Virus record (IMG/VR): IMGVR_UViG_3300031653_000002 | Coordinates: 1 to 55,461 of that record | DNA length: 55,461 bases | DNA from: a virus | Taxonomy: Duplodnaviria; Caudoviricetes | Reading direction: 5' to 3' (one strand) | Shown here: positions 36,482-46,566 of the stretch, piece after piece | Position numbering within the stretch: the first letter of the stretch is position 1 | How the letters are laid out: each line of letters opens with the position of its first letter | Position numbers and translations under genes: made by a program | Notes under the pieces: generated by a model | Database searches by the model: none | Seen by the model: the letters and a program-made list of their open reading frames with translations, nothing else | Told to the model about the DNA's origin: nothing

Positions 36482-38050
36482 ATGATACATGTTCCCCCTT
36501 ATCTCGGTGACTATGCGGCAGGTGGCACAGTTTATTTATTCTGGAATACGTTTGGAGCATCCGATGAATCCATAACGCAATCCGGACTTGCCGTAACAGA
36601 TATTGAAGTATATAAAAATGGGTCTATGACGCAGAGAAGTTCCGACTCTGGATACGCGTTGCTCGATACAGACGGTATTGACGTGGATGGAGCTACAGGA
36701 TGTCACGGAGTATCTATTGATTTGAGCGATGATACCGATTCTGATTTCTATGCGGCAGGAAACGACTATATGGTTATGGTCAATGCTGTTACAGTAAACA
36801 GTCAAACCGTCCGATTCTGCGGAGGAACTTTCTCGATTCAAAATAGATATAACCAAGCAGGAGTAGGAGATTATGAAGTCACAATCACAATCCGTACAAC
36901 TGGAGGCTCCGCTTTGTCAGGAGTATCCGTTTGGGTTAATACAAGTAATGACAGAAGTGGCTCTGTCGCCGGAACCAAAGTTACAGACTCAAATGGACAA
37001 GTCACTTTCAATCTCGAATATACAACTTATTATATCTTCTGCCGGTTGGCCGGATACACCTTCGCATCTGCATACTTTACAGCCGCCGCAGGTTCAGTGT
37101 CCTTTACAAAAGACATAGCCTCCGCAGTAAGTTCGGGAAGTTCGTCCTTCTATTCGGATAGCTTCTTGTCGAGGGCGATAGCCGAGGTGAGAGAGGCGGT
37201 AGATGAGCCGAATGTTAGTGCCAAATATACTGATGCAAGAATAATAGAGCATCTTGAGAAGGCATATATTATTGTACTTAATGAGATAAATAGAAATTCA
37301 AAAACACCTGCGGTAGTTAAGCAGGAAATAACTATAGCAGCAAATACGACTGAGTATATCTTGCCCCATGTCATGGGTTCTTTGTATGCTGTTTATGATT
37401 TGTCTGAATCTGGATGCAAGGTATTCTACGATGGTAGGAGTAGGTATAATCCTTATGGGCAGAGGATATGGCTCGAAGGGAATACGTTGCATATCCAAGC
37501 CGTAGATACTCTTGGAGTCGGAACGCAACTCATAGCGGAATGGTTGCCATCTGGGATCGCAAGATTGCATAATGGAGTATGTACTATTAATAGTGACGGA
37601 GACGAGATTACTTTTGGAGCAACTCCAAATGCTGGTACTTTAGATACGCACCACCAAGCCTATGCTGGTGGTGTTGTGAGGATGCTTGGCGTTGACGGTT
37701 CGGTTATAACTGGAAACTATTTGCAGGAAAGAAATATAACTGATTATGATGAGACTACAAGGAAAGCAGTCTTGGATGTTCCTTTAAGTCCCATTCCTAC
37801 TACGGATGATGGCTATATTTATTATGAGATTGCACCTGCTATCCACAAAGGAATGGATATGGTTGTTGCCCTTTACACTGCATATAGATTAATGTCTACC
37901 GAGGGGAATAAGAAAAGAGCATCGACTATTCTTGATGCTTATAGGAATGAACTAAGGAATGTTCGATTGACGGCATACTATTCAAATATGACAGAGGCTC
38001 CAAGAGGTCGAATGGATTCATTTGATAATAAAAGATATAGACGTTTCTAA
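36482..38050 (+). CDS. Virion protein, probable head-tail adaptor with N-terminal Ig-like domains
   Basis: TDSNGQVTF Ig-like motif; IAEVREAVDE...EYILP and a C-terminal helix typical of adaptors. Confidence 0.6.
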   Translation: MIHVPPYLGDYAAGGTVYLFWNTFGASDESITQSGLAVTDIEVYKNGSMTQRSSDSGYALLDTDGIDVDGATGCHGVSIDLSDDTDSDFYAAGNDYMVMVNAVTVNSQTVRFCGGTFSIQNRYNQAGVGDYEVTITIRTTGGSALSGVSVWVNTSNDRSGSVAGTKVTDSNGQVTFNLEYTTYYIFCRLAGYTFASAYFTAAAGSVSFTKDIASAVSSGSSSFYSDSFLSRAIAEVREAVDEPNVSAKYTDARIIEHLEKAYIIVLNEINRNSKTPAVVKQEITIAANTTEYILPHVMGSLYAVYDLSESGCKVFYDGRSRYNPYGQRIWLEGNTLHIQAVDTLGVGTQLIAEWLPSGIARLHNGVCTINSDGDEITFGATPNAGTLDTHHQAYAGGVVRMLGVDGSVITGNYLQERNITDYDETTRKAVLDVPLSPIPTTDDGYIYYEIAPAIHKGMDMVVALYTAYRLMSTEGNKKRASTILDAYRNELRNVRLTAYYSNMTEAPRGRMDSFDNKRYRRF

Positions 38051-38058
38051 GGTGAACC

Positions 38059-38802
38059 ATGCCGGAATTATTTGGAGTATCGGGGGAGTCAGAAGACCTC
38101 GGAATCTCCTCGCCCAATTTAACTGGAGACTTTATTGCAGGGATAGACCAACCCCAATCCGGTGATGGACTTGGTATAACAATCCCTTGGGGCGGTGGGG
38201 CGACCGCGAGAACTTATCAGGAATACGGACCATCTACCATAGCCTCCGGTAACGACAGGCTATTGTCGGATATAAGTAACTATTCCCTTAGTGGAGGCAC
38301 AAATCTAACATATAATTTAGAGGGTTTAATTGGACCCCAAGGACCTCCAGGTCCCCCAGGAGCACAGGGACTACAGGGTGTTCCAGGCACGTCTTTTGCA
38401 AACTCTAACTTTTTAGCATCTCTAAAGAGTACCCTTGAGTATATTGCCAACGAATGGACAAATTCTGATACTATACTATACGCGGATAGCACTGATATTT
38501 ACTGGGAAAAGACTTGGGAAAAATTAGATGTTGATGGCACCGTCAATTCGTGGAACGAAATCGACATGGACGAAGATGGTTCCTTTGTTATAATAGCCGC
38601 CGATGCAGGAATATTTGTATCAACTGATTCCGGAGATACATGGGCGGAAAAGAATCCAGATACGGAAGATTTTATTGCGGCGAGTTGTTCGGCCTCCGCA
38701 GGTAAAGCCGTGGTGTTGGGGGACGACAATCGTATAAATGGGAAGCTATGGGCTACAACCGATTACGGTGCTAATTGGGCTGAAATAACTATTTCAGAAT
38801 AA
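38059..38802 (+). CDS. Virion protein with collagen-like G-X-Y stretch and BNR/Asp-box repeats
   Basis: GPQGPPGPPGAQGLQGVPG; STDSGDTW, TTDYGANW. Confidence 0.75.
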   Translation: MPELFGVSGESEDLGISSPNLTGDFIAGIDQPQSGDGLGITIPWGGGATARTYQEYGPSTIASGNDRLLSDISNYSLSGGTNLTYNLEGLIGPQGPPGPPGAQGLQGVPGTSFANSNFLASLKSTLEYIANEWTNSDTILYADSTDIYWEKTWEKLDVDGTVNSWNEIDMDEDGSFVIIAADAGIFVSTDSGDTWAEKNPDTEDFIAASCSASAGKAVVLGDDNRINGKLWATTDYGANWAEITISE

Positions 38803-38807
38803 AGAAT

Positions 38808-41800
38808 ATGGCCACTACTATAGATTCAGTTAAATTATGGTTATCGAGGGGGAGTACTGGAGCAGCGACTACTATCACGGTAGAGGTTCATGCTGTACGG
38901 GCATATACTGTTAGCCCTTCTACTGGAACTTTATTGGGCTACAAAACGATAGACGCAGCAGATTTGCCGGAGCACGGGAATTGGAATGAGGAGGTTTATA
39001 CTACTTTTACATTCGATACTCCAATCACAATAACTGATAGTGGATTCTATGGCTTATATATCTATGGGGCTGGAGACCAGTTCCAATTAACACAAATCCG
39101 CATATATTCTATTGGGGAAGGTGGCTGGATGGATGCCGACTGGGAGTGGTTCCAGCAAGAACCGTATTACCCAACCTCCGCGGAACGAGGATGGTTATAT
39201 ACATCCTCTTGGGCATCTGGTTATAGATACGGATACAGTTTAGATTGCACAGGTACTAATTATAATGACGCATCGGGGGCACTCACAGATGGATATACAT
39301 TATTTTATGCCGGTGGGGCAAGAAAATTTGGAATTAGAAGTTATATTGCGGCTCCCGCAATTAAACCAACAAATCCTACCCCCGCAGATGACGGGACATA
39401 TATAGACTTTTCCGATTTAACTCTCTCATGGGAGGATGGGGGGAATACCGATACATACAATGTTTATATAGGCTTGGAAGGAGACCTTCAACTTGTATCA
39501 TCTGCCCAGGAGGGGACATCATATGAAACATCTGCGGAGGAATTAGCCACAATATTTGGAGCATACCCAACCAATTCGGAAATTTTTTGGCGGGTGGATG
39601 CCGTCAATGACGTAGGTACAACTACGGGGGACGATTGGAATTTTGATCCTTTGCCATCTATAAATAATGCTTGTCTTGGAAGCGGTGGTTTATTTGTCGC
39701 TTTGGCTACAAACAAAGGAGTTTATTTATCCGCTAATTTTGGCACTTCTTTTTCTCAAAAATTACCGGATTCCGATTCTACAACGGATTGGGTTAAAATA
39801 ATTTGTAGCTCTGATGGTTCTTATATTATTGTTTGGGATTCGGTTGGAAATATATATCGGTCTGCAAATTCAGGAACATCTTGGGCTTCAATAGACCCTG
39901 CCGATGGGGATACATATTCCCCAAGTGACATAGCCATAAGTAGTGACGGATTAAATGTTATAATTGTAGGGACAAATTCTACAAATGCGTCTGAAAGTTG
40001 TTATGTATCCACCGATTACGGAGCTACTTGGACGGCGAAAAGTCCTTTATCGGAAAATGTTGCATGGGACGAATGTGATATATGCGATAATGGAAAAATA
40101 ATGATGGTTTCAAAATCATCTACAGATTATTTCTATATGTCCTTTACATCTGGCTCTACATGGTTGAAGCAATATATCCCAGCGACATCTGATATTAGAA
40201 GCCGATTAAGTATTTCAGGGGATGGCAAATTAGGAACGGTTGCCAATACAACGGACAATAATGAAATATTTATGAATACAGGCTGGTATTCTGAGGTCTC
40301 TGTTTCGGAAAATACGCTCACATCCTTTATTAGAGGATTGATGGAAGCAGAAGACGCTGGTACGGCATTATCAACCTTGGGAGGACAAACGCAGGGAGAC
40401 GTACTGGACGACCTAAATACGTTAGGAGCAGTAACCGGAAATGGGGACTTTTTAGTTGGAACTGCGGAGGGTATTTTTGCTTACGAATCCGGTAATACGG
40501 CGAGGACTTCTCTGGGATTAGGAACTGGGGATAGTCCCACATGGGTAAATAATACTTTAACCGGCTATATAGACATAGCTGAAATAGCTGAGCCTGCAAC
40601 TCCTGCTACTAATAAATTAAGATTATATGTCGAAGACATTCAGGGGTTTTCAGTATATAAATATCTTGATTCTGGTGGAATGAAACGAGAAGTATTGCGT
40701 GATAGTATGATTCTTGTTTATAATGATTCAGGAGATACAATACTTTCCAATAGAGTAGTTTATGCTTCTGGCAATTATAATAATTTTCCTACTATTGCAT
40801 TAGCTAAATCAAATTCAAGTACCACTATGCCAGCAATAGGTGTTACTATTGAAGATATTGCTAATGGTGCTTATGGCAGAGTAATGCAAGTTGGACTTTT
40901 AGAAAATATAGATACAAGCTCATTATCTGTCGGTGATATTTTATATGTGCATGATACTGTTGCAGGACTGGTTAGAATAACTCCTCCTTCTCATCCTAAT
41001 CTTACACAGGAAATAGGAACAGTTTTGGTTGATGATGCTTCTGTTGGAGCTATACAAGTTATAGCAAGAGGGCTAACAGGGGATGAGTACGGAACAGCAC
41101 AAAATAGTTTTACTATAGGGGACCAAGAGGCAGGAGCTAAGTCATTAATATTTGATAATGGTTTTTTAGGAACACTTTCGTGGACTCCTACGGCAGCAAG
41201 GACATTAACTTTGCCGGATGTCACAGGAACTTTAATAGCTACAGGAACTTCTGTATCTTTGACAAGTCTTGACTTAACTGGAATAACAGATGGTAATGTG
41301 CCGTATATGTCAGCAAGTGGTTTCGCTGATAGTCCAATCACAGTGGATTTAACTGCACCACCTACTCCTATTCCAAGTATATTGATTAATTCCAACGATG
41401 CAACAGGAAAGATTCAGCTTATTCTCACAGATATAAATACAGATGGTGCAGCTAAAAATTCCAGATTTGGTGCACTTCATTATGATACCAATGAAGAACC
41501 AGTGGCCGTATTTACTACTAATACCAATGTTACCACAAATACAATACAGATAGGTGGCGGCACAGCTTCTATGAACGCAGCTACATCTATTTATTTTAGA
41601 ACTGCGGCAAATAATACTACTACAAGTGGTACTACAAGGATACGTATATTTGCATCCGGTGGCATTACTATCGGTTCTGGAAATGTTGGAGACGGAGACG
41701 ACCCTGGCGACACAAATCTTGATGTTGAAGGAACTATTACAGGAAGCAATCTTAACATATCAAATTGGGATGATGCTTATACACATAGTCAACTTACTTC

Positions 41801-42338
41801 CGGTAATCCTCATTCCGTTACAGCAGATGATTTAGGATTTGGGACTGATGATACTCCTACACTAACCGGATTGGATTTATCAGGCGTGACAAATGGAAAT
41901 ATTCCGTATATGTCCGCAAGCGGTTTTGCTGATAGCGTATTAAGTTATGATGGATCTAAACTATATAGTACCCAAGACCTTGTGATGAGTAATAACCAAT
42001 TTCAACAGTGGAAAGACTCCGCAGGTGGTGGGCCATATTCCATCCTTGGAGTTAGCAATAACAATAAGACATATCTATTAACTATTGGAACAAATGATTT
42101 ATATATTCAGAATGGAAGTGGAAGTCCTTTAGTTTTCCTTGAAGGTAATACTGGATTAATGCAGGTTGAAGGCGATATTCAACCCATGACTGATAATACC
42201 TATTACTTAGGAAAAAATAATGATGATACTCCTTTTGCATGGAAGGGGATTATATTAAAAGACCAGGGAGGAACAGGTAAATATTATAGATTAGAAGTGA
42301 ATGGGGACACTTTACAAATAGTTGACCTTACGGATTAA
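38808..42338 (+). CDS. Tail fibre / receptor-binding protein (mosaic; BNR beta-propeller plus fibre segments)
   Basis: 1176 aa; SANFGTSF, SANSGTSW, STDYGATW; NPHSVT and LGLGTGDSP fibre motifs. Confidence 0.8.
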   Translation: MATTIDSVKLWLSRGSTGAATTITVEVHAVRAYTVSPSTGTLLGYKTIDAADLPEHGNWNEEVYTTFTFDTPITITDSGFYGLYIYGAGDQFQLTQIRIYSIGEGGWMDADWEWFQQEPYYPTSAERGWLYTSSWASGYRYGYSLDCTGTNYNDASGALTDGYTLFYAGGARKFGIRSYIAAPAIKPTNPTPADDGTYIDFSDLTLSWEDGGNTDTYNVYIGLEGDLQLVSSAQEGTSYETSAEELATIFGAYPTNSEIFWRVDAVNDVGTTTGDDWNFDPLPSINNACLGSGGLFVALATNKGVYLSANFGTSFSQKLPDSDSTTDWVKIICSSDGSYIIVWDSVGNIYRSANSGTSWASIDPADGDTYSPSDIAISSDGLNVIIVGTNSTNASESCYVSTDYGATWTAKSPLSENVAWDECDICDNGKIMMVSKSSTDYFYMSFTSGSTWLKQYIPATSDIRSRLSISGDGKLGTVANTTDNNEIFMNTGWYSEVSVSENTLTSFIRGLMEAEDAGTALSTLGGQTQGDVLDDLNTLGAVTGNGDFLVGTAEGIFAYESGNTARTSLGLGTGDSPTWVNNTLTGYIDIAEIAEPATPATNKLRLYVEDIQGFSVYKYLDSGGMKREVLRDSMILVYNDSGDTILSNRVVYASGNYNNFPTIALAKSNSSTTMPAIGVTIEDIANGAYGRVMQVGLLENIDTSSLSVGDILYVHDTVAGLVRITPPSHPNLTQEIGTVLVDDASVGAIQVIARGLTGDEYGTAQNSFTIGDQEAGAKSLIFDNGFLGTLSWTPTAARTLTLPDVTGTLIATGTSVSLTSLDLTGITDGNVPYMSASGFADSPITVDLTAPPTPIPSILINSNDATGKIQLILTDINTDGAAKNSRFGALHYDTNEEPVAVFTTNTNVTTNTIQIGGGTASMNAATSIYFRTAANNTTTSGTTRIRIFASGGITIGSGNVGDGDDPGDTNLDVEGTITGSNLNISNWDDAYTHSQLTSGNPHSVTADDLGFGTDDTPTLTGLDLSGVTNGNIPYMSASGFADSVLSYDGSKLYSTQDLVMSNNQFQQWKDSAGGGPYSILGVSNNNKTYLLTIGTNDLYIQNGSGSPLVFLEGNTGLMQVEGDIQPMTDNTYYLGKNNDDTPFAWKGIILKDQGGTGKYYRLEVNGDTLQIVDLTD

Positions 42339-42340
42339 AA

Positions 42341-42574
42341 ATGAAAATAGAAGAAATAAATAGAATAGCTTTTACAAAAGGAGTTGACCCCGCAGGGAAA
42401 AATAAATTACAGATTATAAGGGAGATACAAAATAAGGAAGGATATGAGCCTTGTTATGGAACCAAAAAGTTTGAGTGTAAACAAACTGATTGCTTATGGC
42501 GAGAGGACTGCCAGGGAAAGGCAAAAATCATTAACGTAATTAAAATGGCATTGATAATGTTTTTATTGGGATAA
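42341..42574 (+). CDS. Small SAP/Rho-N-like protein with 4-Cys motif
   Basis: KLQIIREIQ..EGYEPCYGT...CKQTDCLWREDC. Confidence 0.65.
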   Translation: MKIEEINRIAFTKGVDPAGKNKLQIIREIQNKEGYEPCYGTKKFECKQTDCLWREDCQGKAKIINVIKMALIMFLLG

Positions 42575-42578
42575 TAAG

Positions 42579-45221
42579 ATGGCAGAAGATCGTCCATATT
42601 TGAGTTACCCGTTCCGAAGTCCCGCGATGGACCAGTCTAAACCTCCTAACCAAGTTGGGGTTGGTTTTTTCGGAAGACTATCTGGAGTGGATGGTAGATT
42701 CAATGGTGGTTTGCGTAAATATTATGGCAACAAATCAGTTGTTGATTTGGATGGTGTTTCTGGTTTGGGGGATATAGATACTTATAATGGTCCAGACTTT
42801 ATCAAATATGTCACCTTCCAGAAACGCAATACATCAACTACCTACCAAGGCTTTGTAATCAGATGGGATAGCCAGAACGATACTACAAATCAACAGATAG
42901 ATTTAGTTTATACTTCTGATAATGGTAGCAACTGGTCGGTACTTGCTATATGGGCTGCTGGAAATGATATAACATCCAGTCTTGAAATCGACTGTGCTGT
43001 AGATGGTGCATTTCTTCTCGTTGCCGTTGATACTAAAGAAACTAAAACAATATACTGGACTGGTAGTGCTTTAGCAGCAGTATCTTCTGGACCAGGAAAT
43101 TTCAATGCAGAACTTGCCGCCGTAACCAAAAATACCTCCGCAGTTGATACGGACTACCAGCTTCGGGGCGATGGTACATATCAGGTAGCTTGGAGATTTT
43201 ACTCCTCCTCAAGGGGAATATATAGTGCTCTTAGTGCCCCCCTTACAGTACACCTCGACCACTTCAAAACAACCAAAGCCACAGGGACGATAAGCTTTTC
43301 CGCTGCGGGGGGTGATTCTGGTTTATTTGTGGACGGAGACGTTATAACAATAAATGGAAGAACCTATGAAGCCGATGACGATGACTCTTATGCAGGGGAT
43401 GTTCAGGTAGATATATCCGGCTTGTCTACTATTTCCGACCATTGCCAAGCTTTAGCGGATGCCATTAATGAGGATTCCTCCGCAGTTGTAACGGCTTCTA
43501 AGCAATCCGCAAGTGTATTTATTGAAGCCATAGTGAGAGGGACGGCTGGTAATGCCTATACTTTGACCAAGACAGAAAGTGGTGCCAATCAAGATGATAT
43601 ATCTGTTTCGGGAGCCACTTTAACTGGAGGAGGAGTTGTTACATCCGATCCAGAAACGCAGGTAAAAATAACAATAGATTTTCCAGATAATGATGCCGTA
43701 GTTTCTGGGGAGGAATATGCAGATTTCGCAGCCTTATTCGATACAGTTGATATATTCCGTACAATTGATTTGGGCGATTCCACCACAAGTTCTGGAGCCA
43801 TATTTTACTTGGAACAAACAATAGCTAAGACTGGAAATTGGGCTACATCTGGGGCATGGGATTCTCTGCAAGCCAATATAGGGACATTGGTGGATGAAGC
43901 CCTACCGTTTCAAACGATGTATGACCCGGAGAAAGATATTGTGAGTACGCCTCCGCAGAGTGGTTCGATTGGGAGATACGAAGACCAAACATATATGGCT
44001 CAAGCGGCATCATCTAATGGGGGGTATGATACTTTATTTAGCAGTGTTGAACATGCGTCCCCGGAATATTTTAGCACCTACAATGTACGAAAGGGAGACC
44101 CAGAGGACGGGAGGCCACTACGGTTTATACCTGCGGGGGAGTCAATGTTCCAACTGAGTCATAATTCTGTTGTGCATATTTTCAAATCAGGGAAATTAAA
44201 ACCGATCCAGTTTACAAGACTACATAGTAAGCGGGGATTGCTTGGTAAGGAAGCCGCCCATTCGAGTGGTAATAGTATCTTTATGATTTCCGGTGTGGGG
44301 ATGGTTATTCTCAACGCTACCGATGGTAGTATGGGAAGTATTACCACAGTGGACAGGGTAATTTTTGACGATTGGAAATCCGATTTAGCAGATGTTAAGA
44401 GCGGATACGATTCTCTTTTGAACGCCTCCTTTTTCCTTAATGTCTCGCGGGAGGAGATGATAATAATATGGCACTCTACAAAAGTGTGTACTATGCTGGA
44501 TGGGGCTAATTTTGTGGGTGTTACTGAGGGACAGGATATATCGACCGGCGACCATGACCGCGTATATTTTGTGACAAAAACGGGATTGATTGTGACTCCA
44601 GACGTATTAGAATCTGGCTCTGGAACGATGTGGGACATAAGTAGCTCATACACCTTGAACGGTACTGCGACCGCTACAAGTAGTACAACCCTTACAGACG
44701 CTAATGCCACCCTGAACGCAGATATGGTCGGCACAAAATTGTATATGACCACGGGGGATAACGCCGGAAGTGGCCGTACAATCGCTACAATTAATAATAC
44801 CACTAAAGTCATTACATTTGTAACACCATTCGATTATGATATTTCTACGGGGGATACTTATAGTATCAGCCCTGTTCCTTTCTCAGTCCGATGCTGGCCT
44901 CTCCAAGCTGAGCAAATATCAAGATTCAATCGGTGGATCGTCGCAGGGGTTTCATTGAAGGCCAGGAAGCTATCCGGGTTCGATGATAACGATTGTAACC
45001 AATGGAGGGTTGGAGCGTACCGAAACAGCAGCACATCCTTAGAAGCAGCGGTGGCCTATCTGGATATAGATTTAGACCCTAACGATTCTGCGGAGGCTTT
45101 GGGGCTGCATGGGATTGACCTTGAACCATATATTGAACAAATTTCATCTGGAGTAACTTTTGAGCTAACTGATGCAGAATTTAACCTCAGTTTGACCGAT
45201 TCACGTAAAGATAATAGTTGA
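42579..45221 (+). CDS. Probable tail nozzle / tubular protein B-like virion protein
   Basis: 880 aa, beta-propeller-like composition, directly before the ejection-type genes. Confidence 0.6.
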   Translation: MAEDRPYLSYPFRSPAMDQSKPPNQVGVGFFGRLSGVDGRFNGGLRKYYGNKSVVDLDGVSGLGDIDTYNGPDFIKYVTFQKRNTSTTYQGFVIRWDSQNDTTNQQIDLVYTSDNGSNWSVLAIWAAGNDITSSLEIDCAVDGAFLLVAVDTKETKTIYWTGSALAAVSSGPGNFNAELAAVTKNTSAVDTDYQLRGDGTYQVAWRFYSSSRGIYSALSAPLTVHLDHFKTTKATGTISFSAAGGDSGLFVDGDVITINGRTYEADDDDSYAGDVQVDISGLSTISDHCQALADAINEDSSAVVTASKQSASVFIEAIVRGTAGNAYTLTKTESGANQDDISVSGATLTGGGVVTSDPETQVKITIDFPDNDAVVSGEEYADFAALFDTVDIFRTIDLGDSTTSSGAIFYLEQTIAKTGNWATSGAWDSLQANIGTLVDEALPFQTMYDPEKDIVSTPPQSGSIGRYEDQTYMAQAASSNGGYDTLFSSVEHASPEYFSTYNVRKGDPEDGRPLRFIPAGESMFQLSHNSVVHIFKSGKLKPIQFTRLHSKRGLLGKEAAHSSGNSIFMISGVGMVILNATDGSMGSITTVDRVIFDDWKSDLADVKSGYDSLLNASFFLNVSREEMIIIWHSTKVCTMLDGANFVGVTEGQDISTGDHDRVYFVTKTGLIVTPDVLESGSGTMWDISSSYTLNGTATATSSTTLTDANATLNADMVGTKLYMTTGDNAGSGRTIATINNTTKVITFVTPFDYDISTGDTYSISPVPFSVRCWPLQAEQISRFNRWIVAGVSLKARKLSGFDDNDCNQWRVGAYRNSSTSLEAAVAYLDIDLDPNDSAEALGLHGIDLEPYIEQISSGVTFELTDAEFNLSLTDSRKDNS

Positions 45222-45245
45222 CAATTAGAGACTTTATGCTATAAT
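45218..45245 (+). promoter_or_regulatory. sigma70-type promoter
   Basis: TTGACA-16-TATAAT with TG. Confidence 0.75.
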
Positions 45246-45264
45246 GAATATAGGAGAATGTACA

Positions 45265-45456
45265 ATGTCTAATGAAGAAAAGCTGTTTGGACAACCCAAA
45301 TATGACGTTGAAAGCCTTGCAGATACTTTAATGAGGGCACAGGAAGCGGAATCTACAAAACCAGAGCTATATAAGGCGGCCTTAAAATTGCTTGAGAAAA
45401 GGCAAAAGGCAGTATCAACTATACTGGGTGCAATCGCAAGTAAGCGGAGTAAATAA
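45265..45456 (+). CDS. Small hypothetical protein
   Basis: AGGAG RBS. Confidence 0.6.
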   Translation: MSNEEKLFGQPKYDVESLADTLMRAQEAESTKPELYKAALKLLEKRQKAVSTILGAIASKRSK

Positions 45457-46565
45457 TGGCAGATAATACAACCAATACAACTAATATAACCCCACAATCT
45501 GGTGGTTTGAATTATGCCGATTATCAAAAGAAATTAGAGGAAACAGCAGCCAAAACAAGAAACGTGGCGGGGGCAAATCTTCCGGATTCAGCGATTAAGT
45601 CAGCAGCAGGATTAAAAGATAATTACAGGAATCTGGGGGAAACTGCAATGCAGAATTATCAAACTCAGATTGCAACCCAAAAACAACAGGCCGAAAAAGC
45701 AGCTACGGGTCTTGAGATGGCCGGGAGTGGAACCTCTCAGATTCTATCTAATTTAGAAGCCTTGCAGGGACAAGTTAAGACACAAGCCGCGAGTACAAGG
45801 GACGCGTTTTCGGCTGCGGCTGAGAAAGCGGATGATTATGTTCAGGCTGCTAAAGGTAGAGTGAGTGAAACATTAGACAAACTGGATGAAATAAATTCTC
45901 AAATTGCTAAAGACAGAGACTTTTCAAAAGCCCATGCAATGCAAGCCGCGGTGCAATCTTCACTTGGTTCTATGAAAGCCGAGGAACGTAATATTCTCGA
46001 AACGTATGGGACAGACAGCAAAGAGTATCAGCAATTCCAACAGAGTAAACAGGTCACACTTGCTACGATTCAGAGTAACATACATGCAACGTATCAGCAA
46101 CTTGCGGAGGAACAGGGAAAAACATATTTGAGTTTAGTTGAGGATGCGAATACAAAGTCTAATATGTATTTGGGGTATCAGGAACAACAGCACGTGGATA
46201 TGTTAAAGTATCGTGCCGAAGCAGAGGCTTCTTATAATATCCAAGTAGCCCAGTTCCAAACAGGATTAGAACAATTGAAAATGTCCGGGGTAGAAAATTT
46301 AGCTAACTGGATTATTGAAACTCCTACCTTCTCTATGGATGCAACTCCGCTTATTACGTTGTTGGCTGATTTGCAGCAGACTCAGACTATAAATGAACGG
46401 GAAGGGGCATTAGCAGCGGCACAAACTGATTTGACAACCGCACAAGCAGGACAGGCTGAGACTTGGGAAAAATATATGAAAACTGGGCAGAAACCTTACC
46501 AGTCAACAGGTTCCGCAAAGTCAGCAAGAATGTCCAATTCTGTTAGTGGAAGGAGTAAAAAATAA
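45456..46565 (+). CDS. Putative internal virion/ejection protein
   Basis: Q/A-rich helical protein without Cys; position. Confidence 0.6.
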   Translation: MADNTTNTTNITPQSGGLNYADYQKKLEETAAKTRNVAGANLPDSAIKSAAGLKDNYRNLGETAMQNYQTQIATQKQQAEKAATGLEMAGSGTSQILSNLEALQGQVKTQAASTRDAFSAAAEKADDYVQAAKGRVSETLDKLDEINSQIAKDRDFSKAHAMQAAVQSSLGSMKAEERNILETYGTDSKEYQQFQQSKQVTLATIQSNIHATYQQLAEEQGKTYLSLVEDANTKSNMYLGYQEQQHVDMLKYRAEAEASYNIQVAQFQTGLEQLKMSGVENLANWIIETPTFSMDATPLITLLADLQQTQTINEREGALAAAQTDLTTAQAGQAETWEKYMKTGQKPYQSTGSAKSARMSNSVSGRSKK

Positions 46566-46566
46566 T

